NCBI GenBank assembly: GCA_964016885.1
Contig: OZ024740.1
Location: forward strand, 161,820,001 to 161,884,000
Reading direction: 5' to 3'
DNA: 64,000 bases
Source of the DNA: Eledone cirrhosa
Taxonomy: Eukaryota
A program made the position numbers and the translations under genes. The first letter of the stretch is position 1. Each line of letters opens with the position of its first letter. Shown here in pieces: positions 53,398 to 64,000 of the stretch. Under the pieces are notes generated by a model. The model searched no databases and was not told the origin of the DNA. It saw only the letters and a list, made by a program, of their open reading frames with translations.

Positions 53398-54341
53398 CAA
53401 GTATATAGATGGAAAGATTATCTTTTAAACAGAGGAACGTATAAGATCTATTAGTGTAAAGTATTATATACATATATGTATATATAATTAGTTTCAACAG
53501 TGACATATACAGGTACATAAGCATCATTGGGTTATACATCCCAACTCATTCAACCTGTTATATAAAAAGAAAATGGCTACCTCCTCCGGTTGATTGGAGG
53601 TTTTTAGAAAATAAGTGAGAGCTCTTCAAGGGCAGGTAATTTCGAATTTGGTTATAAATAAACAAAACAATAAGATAGTGTAAAGTTGGGGTAACTATAA
53701 AAAGAAGATCACAAAGGTAGGGAATTTGTGCTATGTTAGTAATTCAAAGATATTACATTCCTTGCAATTCAAATTAGTTAGTCAGGTCTATACCACTTTC
53801 TCAGAATGAATTTCGAGAAAACATGCCACCCAACTCGCAAACCATACGTGGACCCTTAAAAATAACGGCACGCCTTTGTCCATTAAATGGAGTATATTAG
53901 AAAACTCTACCCCCTATGTTAATGGGACGAAATTTTGCCGGCTTTGTAACTCAGAAAAGTGGAATATACTCTCACAACTGGCTTCAGAGAAACTGGCTTA
54001 AATACCCACCTTTATTTATTGTTTGCTAGTCTATTTTCGTTTCCTCTACGAAATCACCCTGGTAGAGTGCCTCTGGCATTGTCGTTTTTTTCAATTTGAA
54101 TCAATGCCAACATGTGTTCCCTGTAAATTGGTCAGGCCTGGCTTACCTCCCTTTTAATATGATGTCACATGACATTGAAAGTTGAGCCTTATTACTACAT
54201 CACTTGTGTCCACTAACCTCTTGTACTAGCTAGCTATACCGAATTTCCAGTCCAGGGAGATGAACCCCGCTGACGAGGCGGTTCCTGCCGAATTACGTAA
54301 TGTATACTAACATTACATAATTTCTGCCGCTGCGTTCCATA

Positions 54342-54460
<119 letters not shown>

Positions 54461-55283
54461 ACATATATATATACATGTGTGCACATATATATGTGTGTGT
54501 GTGAAAATATAATTGACGATTAGCCCTCTAAGCATTACCATCAGAAAGGAAAGAAAAGAAGTAGTAAACACAAATTATTCGGCCATCAACTGAGACAAGA
54601 AGTAGAGATTCCTACTACAGATGATCAATGCATTTGCCAAAGTACTTGACAATATAGATGACTTAAACTATTTAATCAGATGGTTAGAGAATACCATTCA
54701 ATAACGTGTAATTGAAATAGACGGAGTAAAACAAAAAGAACAGAACACTAAACTTGTTATCGAGAAAAGCAAACTGATAAAACGAGATTGCATCCATTCA
54801 GACAACATATGTATGTGCCCTTAACTCTTGACGGACTCGTAGTGGCGTCGTCGTAATGCATTTAAGCATTTAAGCTTGTTGGCACCCATTATTTTCCATG
54901 TGGAAACACAGCTGATTTCTTTCATAGTAATACAGAGACGGATGCGAGAATCAACCCCAGGATTGAACTGGTACTTTATTTATCGACTTGGATAGGAGGA
55001 AAAGCAAAGATGACATCGACGGAATATGAAGTCAAAGCGCACAAAGCCCCCCCCCCCCCCAAAAAAAAAAACGTAAATCAAGTTTTGACAATATCCTGAT
55101 CAATACCATCATTAAGGAAGAGAGAGTTGTCATCAGAGAGCTTGTCAATTTATACATAACATGTGTGAACAAAGGGAAAGTACTGGCAGGCTGATACATA
55201 GCTCTCTCTATATATATATATATTTATATATCTATATATATGTATTTATATATATATATATGTGTATATATATATATATATAC

Positions 55284-55327
<44 letters not shown>

Positions 55328-55489
55328 AAATAACAGATTAAAGTTTAAGCAAAGAATCGGTGCTTTCATCCTTATTTTAATAAATATTTGCTCCATGGTT
55401 TTTATATATTTGATATATATATTATCCTTATCGAGCCCTCTTCAGACTTTAGTCTTCACATTTATTATTATTTCTATATATATATATGT

Positions 55490-55531
<42 letters not shown>

Positions 55532-55654
55532 AAACACATTACCCTATTCATAGGCAGATTGGATACTTTACTCAAACAGAAATAATGTTCTGATCCTGAT
55601 CTTCGATGCATCTTATTAGCAAATCGACACACGAGTCAGGACCTATCGCAATCG

Positions 55655-56262
55655 ATTACATTTATTGTATTCAGCCATGATGAGCGAAATTTTCTTTTTT
55701 ATTTGAATTTGGCAAAGCCGGCCATTTATCGCTCATATACAGGAAACTGACTGGCCAGTCTGCTGATATGTAAATCTGGCTGATCAGTGGATCTGCTAAT
55801 ATGCAGATCTGACTGATCAGCCAGTCTGCTAATATGCAAATCAGGCCGATCTGTCACTGTGTATTTTTGAAAATAGCATATATTTTCACTAGCTCTGACA
55901 GTTTGGCAGGTGAAGAGTGAGCTGTACTGATGAAGGGTGATACCCAGAAACATTAGTGCCTGCAGTTCTGTTCGAATGCCAACACAAGAGCAAGAATGAA
56001 GTGTTCATTCTACTGACATGGCTATAAAAATGAGGCTTGTTTGCATAATTGCAAACGAATCGAATGTTATTATTAATATTCGCCGAGGTTGACTTTGCCT
56101 TTCATCCTTACGAGGTCGATAAAATAAAGTACCAGTAATGCACTGGGTAATTGCTGGCCTTGTGCCTAAAGTAGAAACAATTATTAATATTCGAAAAGCT
56201 CAGATTATATTTATTGTATTCAGCCATGTAGAGCGAAATTTTCTTTTTTATTTGAATTTGGC
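55655..56262 (+). mobile_element. Family D copy (~1.15 units) with HHR 55920-55967 (GUC changed to GCC) and truncated SINE S1 at 56083-56180
   Basis: High identity to 6300-6776; terminal redundancy; TSD TTATTAATATTCG. Confidence 0.87.
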
Positions 56263-56345
56263 ATATATATATACACACCAACAACTAACCAAATAATATT
56301 TGGTATCAATGGCTTAAAGACAGCTGTCAAAACAATTAGTGTCGT

Positions 56346-56387
<42 letters not shown>

Positions 56388-56407
56388 AATGCGTGTGAAA
56401 GACCAAA

Positions 56408-56617
56408 GGTCATTATTGAAAGTCTCTGGATTTCGCAAAATACAAAATATTTTTTTATTGGAGAAGGTAAGATATTTTTCCGCAAAAATTTTATTGCACT
56501 GTTTTGTTTCCACTTATGTAATTTTTTTTAAATGTTACTTATTCATTATAAAAAAATTAAATGATAGCATTCTATATGTAGGTGGGCCGCCTTCATCTGG
56601 CAACCAATATTTTAAGA

Positions 56618-56657
<40 letters not shown>

Positions 56658-57690
56658 CAAGGTTTAGCAAATAGAGAAAAAGTTTTAAAATAAATTTTAA
56701 AAAGTTCGCTCTACTTACTATATGTACCCTTACCGCGCGGTTTCAAATCCCAAAATAAATGGATAATCCAGGCGGACCACCATTGAGAAGGGGATTCTCG
56801 TCAGAAGGTTCTTCTCGCTCGGAGAATATAAAATTCCCGAGTTCAAATACTGGCGCCATACAAAACTGTTCCCAGATGAGAGTGAATGAGGAAGGGACCA
56901 ATTCTGTCTAGTGCCGTGTGTATATATATAATGCCAATCATTGTAAGTTTGAATCTAACTGACATGCAAAAACATATATATATATAGGAATAAGGTAAGC
57001 CCAAATCATACTAGATTCAAATATCACAGAGCAAAAGAGAGAGAGGGGGGATTGAGGTGAAACAGAAATGAAACATGGATTACAGGTTAAAATATAGTCT
57101 GGATAGATGTGAAACAAAACGAGGATGTAGTTGTCTCTGTGGACGAGGATGTAGTTGTCTCTGTGGTAGGTACTAGAGACGGTTCAATCCTGGTCAAGAA
57201 GTACATGTAACCTTTTTCATTTTTTATTTTACAACCAATAGAAAAAAAAACTGACAAGGTTTACCGGGAACGCTACTCCCTACCAGCATCGAATTTCAAA
57301 CCAGGATCACCACCGTCTATGATTCCTCCAACTGGGCCATCGAGACAGCTACAACAGAGTAATGAAAATTGATAATTATAAACCTACTTTCAAAATCAAA
57401 GTTAAAAAGATGTGGCGTTGTTCATGGCTTTCCTAGAGCTATTAGTAATATTTAGGGTCGACTTCTGGTCATTATTGAAAGTCTCTGGATTTCACAAAAT
57501 ACATAATATTTTTTATCGGAGAAGGTAAGATATTTTTCTGTAAATATTTGATTGCACTGTTTTGTTTCCACTTATGTATTTTTCGAAAATGTTATTTATT
57601 CATTATAAAAATTAAATCATCGCATTCTATATGTAGGTGAGCCTCCTTCATCTCATGGCAACCAATATCTTTAGACCCAGTCCGCCACTG
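56408..57690 (+). repeat. ~210-bp direct repeats (56408-56620, 57467-57678); second ends in a TIR-like CCGCCACTG
   Basis: GGTCATTATTGAAAGTCTCTGGATTTC...GGCAACCAATAT occurs twice. Confidence 0.7.
56726..56809 (-). ncRNA. Type I hammerhead ribozyme, intact
   Basis: ACCTT-CTGACGA-GAATCCC...GGGATTT-GAAA-CCGCGCGG-TA-AGGGT. Confidence 0.83.
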
Positions 57691-58410
57691 TATATATATA
57701 TATTTTGTTTACTTTCGCAACTATAATATATATATATACATAACAAAATTTAATATAGAAATGGCTTCTACATGACTAGAACTGTATACACTCTACTAAT
57801 GTATTGAGTACCTTACTTACTGTGGTTACCCCCGATTGAACCCGGGACTCACACACATATATATATATATATATACACATACATATATATATACATATAT
57901 ATGTGTGTACATATATATGTATATATACACATACATATATATATATATATACATATATGTGTGTGTACATATATATGTATATCATACATACAGACATACA
58001 TATATTTGCCATTAAAAATGTTAAGTAAACATCACACTACAATGCCAAAATAACATATTTTATTACCTTTCCTTCGTTCCAGCAGTCAATGACTGTTTCG
58101 ATGAAATATGAAACTAGGAAACTAGCTGCGAGTAAACGAAAGATACAGGCAGAGAAACAGGGGGAGGAGGGAGAGGTAATTTGAATAGGAGTGAAGAGTG
58201 TAAGAGATAAATAGAGAATGTATGTATGGAGTCATAACCCCGACTAGAGTCGCACTGGCGCCGTCGTGACATACGACTTGGGCATTTTAACCAAGCAGAG
58301 CCCATCCCTCTCCGGGTTTGAACACAGCCGATTCTTTCCAAAGAAAGAGAAATTAGAAAAAGATATGCAGAACCTACACCAGTACTGGACTGGTAATTTA
58401 TGATGAAAGG

Positions 58411-60643
58411 TGTAGCGCTCTCTAGACAGGAAGTAGCTGGAGTTACTTCCCGTTGAGGTTGCAGAACATTCTTAGGGACTTCCGTCCAGGGAACTATAAA
58501 AGGAGAGAGCTGAAAGCTATCACCCTCTCAATTCACCATTTGGCTGCTGGCCTTCGGCCCAGCGCGTTCCGCCGAAGGTATACTCTCTCCATTCCTGACT
58601 GTGAAAAGGTAAACAACTAACTTTCTTTCATCGTGAAATCACTAGCCAACATGTAACACAACAACTTAACCGCGGCCTGGCAACATCTCCGCCAGTAGAC
58701 CATGCCTCCTGAATTCCTTAATTCATTCTTTCATCTCTCTTGGCATGTCAACTATTCAGCTCAATCTTCGTAAATAAACATTGTACATACAACCCAGTGT
58801 CCTGTTATAATTGGAGACCCCGAGAAAAAAATAATAGGACTGGTGTTGTGTGAATATGAAAAAAAAGAAAATTAATTAGCAGTATTTCAAAAAGAAAAAA
58901 TTCCTCTAACAACATTCCACATGGATTTTTTTCTCCGAAACTGTCTCCAACGAAAAATATAAGTAATCTTTTTCTCAGCAGCAAACAAACAAGAAAAATA
59001 TTTTGCTCTTCACCTAACGTGTTTACATCGTTTAAATGTGTTTCACTCACTCGATATATCCTTCGTTCTTCTCACAACGAACATTCAAAAAGACTTGGAC
59101 TCCGGTATTCTTATATTCAACATGTCAATTTTGATGAACATCACAGCTCGCTTACTCATTCAACTAAGCCTTTTTCGCTACTTTTTCATCACTTTCACAA
59201 AAAAATGGAACTCTCACCATATTTGTATACAAAGTGAATATAGCCTTTCCTTCTTTTTCATCATATTGTCACGTTCACACACAAATTTTTGAAAATGGCT
59301 GCCAACGACCTGTTCCGCTGTCATTTTCCCGCCATTTTCTCGCGCAAAAGAATTTTTTTTTTTTTTTTTAAATTCAACTTGACTTTAACCTTGTTTCGGC
59401 ACGTGTGGGAGCACACATCTCGACTTACTGAGATAACACACACCATAGATAATGTTTCTTGCCAAGGATTCTCCAGCCTTAAGCTATATTCTCCTATTTG
59501 CCGGTTTAAAAATTTACCACGTAAATTTGCCGTTGAAAACTGCGCATTTATTCAGAATGCTTATTTCTTTGGTCGCTGGCCTATTGACCCTTCCAGCTCA
59601 ACGCGTTCTCAACATCGACCATCAACTCTGGCTGTTATTTCTAGCACTTTGCGCAACTCATTTTTTCTGGGAAACTTTTTACTGTGAATTGAAACTTCGA
59701 ATATGTTATCTAACTCCGCGAGACAACAACAACACAGCTTCATCTTTGCTTTATCAACAACCAAAACCAGCAGAACACAACACAGAGAATTTATTTTTGC
59801 AACACTCTTCCTGTGAGAAAATCCCACCGCCTTCGGAGGTTGGGAATTTCACGTTGTACCACAGTCCAGAAACCACCTGCATACATTCTCTTGGCGACAC
59901 ACTCTCTTTCCTGCTGTCATGTTACCTTTATTTTTGAACATTTGAACTTTTTTTTAATAACTATGTTAGAGCACGCTTCTTTTCTCCTTTGACCTCTTCT
60001 TTTAGGTTGATTACATTTTATCTTTGTGTGATGGATAGATAGATGTCCAGTCGTTCTCTGGCCAAGAGCGGTTGGTTACCTTGATATCTATCATTAATTT
60101 TTGCATGCTCATTTTGCTAATTGCTTGCCCATGTTTTGTTCATTCATGTTCTTGTACCTTTTGCCTCGCTCCTCGTGTTCTCGCTACAATGATTTCATTT
60201 AGTCATTCGACTTCTCGTCTGGGAGGGGAGTCCTGTAGCGCTCTCTAGACAGGAAGTAGCTGGAGTTACTTCGCGTTGAGGTTGCAGAACCTTCTTAGGG
60301 ACTTCCGTCCAGGGAACTATAAAAGGAGAGAGCTGAAAGCTATCACCCTCTCAATCCACCTTTTGGCTGCTGGCCTTCGGCCAGGCGCGTTCCGCCGAAA
60401 GTATACTCTCTCCATTCCTGACTGTGAAAAGGTAAACAACTAACTTTCTTTCATCGTGAAATCACTAGCCAACATGTACACAACAACTTAACCACGGCCT
60501 GGCAACATCTCCGCCAGTAGACCGTGCCTCCTGAATTCCTTAATTCATTCTTTCATCTCTCTTGGCATGTCAACTATTCAGCTCTACTCAGCTCAATCTT
60601 CGTAAATAAACATGCACATACAACCCAGTGTCCTGTTGTTATA
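58411..60643 (+). mobile_element. Non-autonomous LTR retrotransposon (LTRs 58411-58809 and 60234-60643)
   Basis: ~400-bp direct repeats TG..TA with TATAAA and AATAAA; PBS-like TGGAGACCCCGA at 58812 (tRNA-Trp-like); PPT GGGAGGGGAG 60221-60230; TSD AAGG; inserted in an old SINE; no gag/pol recognised. Confidence 0.9.
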
Positions 60644-61093
60644 AAGGCTTATTTGACCTCAGTTAGATTTGACCTCGGAACGCAGACAGTCGAAACGAAT
60701 ATCTCGAAGCATTCTATTGGACGTTCTAATGACTCAGCTAATTCCCTGACCACGCATATATAATGATGGCTTTAAAAGGAAAGAGTGATGTGTAAGGAGC
60801 GATAATGAATACAAACCAATATTCAATTCCTTTAACAGACTCCACATCAATGGTTTTAGAGAAGAGCATAGTGTAGTGTTAATGATTTCTATCACTGGCA
60901 AAAGTCCACAAATGTTTGGAAGAGGAGAATGTTCATTTTGTTTTCAATTTATATACGTTCCGTGATCTACTGCACATTGGGCCAGTAGCACAACAGCTTT
61001 GTTTTCTAAGAAGAGAATGTTCGCTGATCGCACAACTGTATTTCATCTTTGGAGAAAGGGATTTGTGAGGGCTCTTACACCACACTTCTCATG

Positions 61094-61288
61094 CAGACCT
61101 GCCAACTTTTAAAAATCCAAACGGGGAGTACCATGAAAGAAAGGGACCAAAAACGTGGAGAAATGAGGCAAACTGAGGAGGTTTTGCATAATGAAAGCTA
61201 TATCCATTGTCACAAGAGAAGACATCTCTCACCCACCCCAAAGTAAGTGGGAGATCTCCCCGTCGGACGGGGAGGGTTGACAGGTCTG
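61094..61288 (+). mobile_element. MITE
   Basis: TIRs CAGACCTGCCAAC / GTTGACAGGTCTG; flanks TCTCATG / TCTCACG. Confidence 0.8.
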
Positions 61289-62672
61289 TCTCACGGCGTA
61301 ATTTTCTCGATCTAAGAGAGAGAGTAAGTAGGACAGAGAGGAGATGAATCGATCCTAGTGTTTTGTTTATTGCCTCCGAAGCAACAATAAACTTGGATAT
61401 TTATAAAGGAGGATCGAAGGATGCAACATACACATCTTTCTCGTGGTGATTGGCAAATTGTGATTGCAATCTAATAACACGAAGCAGAAAATAAAACCAA
61501 AACTTAACGGTGTTTAATTACCTCTTCTTTCTATTTAAGATTAAAGGCAATGGCTGTAATTAATTATTATTAATTTGTTTATTTGTAAGGTCAAAATATT
61601 ATCTGTGGAACCTGAACCATAACTGACATTTGCTTTACTGACGAGGCATAGCTTGTTGGTCCCGGAAACTTCTACAGCACACTACCGACTGTGCAAAAGT
61701 CACCGTTCCCTGAATAGTTATTTCTAACATAGATACGACAAACATTAGACAATATTTTCCAGGCGACTAATTGTTAGAGTCGTTAGTGCCTTCAGATAAA
61801 ATGCCTTGCGATATTCGTTCCAGCTCTCTATGTTCTGAGTTGAATCCCACCGAGATTTATTTTGCAGTTTATACCTTCGGCGTCGGTAAGTAAAATACTG
61901 ACACAACTCGTAATCAAGACCGAAATTGCTTGTCCAATTCGTCCCGGGTGTAAATCTATATACATAAATGGCAATTTCTATCTGTTTGTGTTGGTGGATT
62001 TGTTTGTGAACCTAAAACTCAAAAACTACTTAACCGATCTTAAACTTGACACATGTGTGAGGCCCATGCCCATTTGATTTCTTACGTACTTTGAAGTTTT
62101 AAAAAATCGATAATTTCCAGTCTGCATCGATTTTTTTTTTTTTTTATTTTTTTTTTTTATTATAAATCAATAATGCCCATATGAATGTTATTTTCTGCCA
62201 TAACTTTTAAAGTTCTCAACCGATTTCCTTCAAAATTGAAACACAGATCAATTATGTGCTAAGAATGGCTTTAGTCCAAGACATTATCCCAGACAACTCG
62301 CGGAAGGCAAAAAGCCGCACAAACCTATTTTCCATTTGGTTTGTTCTTCTGATATGAGCAACCAATTTGCTTTAAACTGTACAGGTGCCTTATTTATGTA
62401 TAAATAAGTTGTTAAAAGTTTCCTCAGGGCACTGTAATAATGCGAAAACACAAATGTCGAATGTCGCAAATACTTTTTTCAAACATCATAGATACACCAC
62501 TTATGTGCAGTGGATGGTTTTCTCCAGCGATACAAATTAGCTTATTTTAAAGTCTTCACATTTAATTTTAAATTAAAATTGTCCATCATAATTATATTAA
62601 ATCTCCCTTAGAGTCTTCACTTATTTCGAAATTAATTCAGGATCATAGACGGTATATGGTAACGATTATTTT

Positions 62673-63878
62673 CGGGGGCGGTGGAACTGGGGTGGGAAGC
62701 AGAGGGAAGCCCCCCCCCCTCCCCCATTCCCAATGATTATATTTTTCTCTCTAAACTAAGAAAACACATCTATTTGTAGATGCGCTACAATTTATGTACA
62801 TGTTATATAGATAGATGGGAGAGATAGATCTAGATATAGAGAGGGGGAAAGTTTGGTGATAATTGATATAGAGAGGGAGGTTGAGCAAGTGTGTTGTATA
62901 TTCGATATACAGAGGGGGAGAGATTGATGTTCATTAATATAGAGAGGGGTTTGGAAGAGAGTTCCATATAGTAGATAGAGAGGGGGGAGTCTGGTGTTAA
63001 TTGATATAGAGAGGGGGTTGGAAGAGAGTTCCTTGTAATAGATATAGAGAGGGGGATAGTTTGGTATTAATTGATATATAGAGGGGGATTGGAAGAGAAT
63101 TCCGTGTAGTAGATATAGAGAGGGGGAAAGTTTGGTGTTCATTGATATAGAGAAGGGAATTGGGAGACAGTGTTATATGGTTGGTGTAGTGAGGGGGAGA
63201 GTTTCATGGTAATGAATAGAGTGAGAGGGAATGAGTGTTGTTTGGTAGATGTAGAGAGGGGGATAATTTCGTGGTTGTTGATAGGGGGAGAGTTTGGTGT
63301 TAATTGATATAAAGAGGTGCATTGGAAGAGAGTTCCGTGTAATAGATATAGAGAGAGGTATTGGAAGAGAGTGTATGGTTGGTATAGAGAGAGGGCGGGT
63401 TTGGTGGTAATGAATAGTGAGAGGATTGGTAGAGATAGGTTTTGTTAGATATAAAGGGTGGGGAGCGTTTGGTAGTGAGAGGGAAAGAGTGTTGTATGGT
63501 AGATATAGAGAGGGGGATAATTTGGTGGTAATTGAATTAGAGAGCTGGATTGGGAGGGAGAGTGTCGTGAGGGGATATAGATAGAGAAGGGTAGATTTCA
63601 TTGTAGACATAATGAGGGGATTGGGTGAGATTAACATTGCTAAATATATAGAGGGAGGCCGGATGGATTGTCGTAAAAGATATAGAGGGGGGTAGTTTGT
63701 GATACATAGGGAGAGAACGATTAGAACAGAGTGATAGAGATGGTGATGGGGAGAGTTTGGAGATGATTGATATAACGAGGGAGATTGGGGGAGTGTTTTG
63801 TATGTTAGATATACAGAGGAGGAGAATTTGGTGGTTGTAGATATATAGAGAGGAATAATGGGAAAGTGTCGTGTAGTA
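62673..63878 (-). mobile_element. Second copy of the minisatellite-carrying DNA element
   Basis: GGGGCGGTGGAACT end and subterminal block matching 26035-26170 in reverse; ~70-bp purine-rich units beyond 62820. Confidence 0.7.
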
Positions 63879-64000
63879 GATTGCAACATTTTTCGAAATA
63901 TTTACTTCTGCGTTCAAAGATTGATTTTTTTTTAGTTTCAGAAGATCTCGTTAAGGGTGAAAGCAACTATTCTTTGCTTAAACTTTAATCTATTATTTTA

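Noticed and set aside
57119-57166. 24-bp perfect tandem duplication
   Set aside because: Ordinary local slippage with no further structure
59289-59937. 132-aa and 161-aa ORFs inside the LTR element
   Set aside because: No gag, protease, RT, integrase or env motifs; non-ATG starts
61955-62500. Possible second Helitron-like element starting A|TCTATATA
   Set aside because: No 3' hairpin plus CTAG end located, so boundaries are unsupported
63173-63917. 238-aa and 126-aa minus-strand ORFs
   Set aside because: Products of the pyrimidine-rich minisatellite

Overview
AT-rich, microsatellite-saturated animal genomic DNA. The repeat style suggests a cephalopod (octopus-like), which is inference only. 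I found no supportable host gene; the window is almost entirely mobile DNA. It holds a near full-length Tx1-type LINE (20204-25829), three decayed Penelope-like element (PLE) coding remnants, two RTE LINE 3' fragments, many tRNA-derived SINEs of two families, a non-autonomous LTR element (58411-60643), a non-autonomous Helitron and several MITEs. The main signal the ORF track misses is about 30 type I hammerhead ribozyme (HHR) motifs from roughly 18 sequence families, read by eye on both strands. They lie in short inverted or tandem PLE-style modules embedded in (TA)n tracts. Two unrelated non-coding families form tandem ~430-nt HHR-to-HHR units (6180-6611 and 13353-13780), each with an ATGCAAAT octamer ~90 nt upstream of the ribozyme. 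These are candidate self-transcribing, self-cleaving, circRNA-producing retrozyme-like elements. Two HHR families carry a compensatory U3:A8 core. All coordinates and pairings were read manually and need computational confirmation; no activity is shown by sequence alone.
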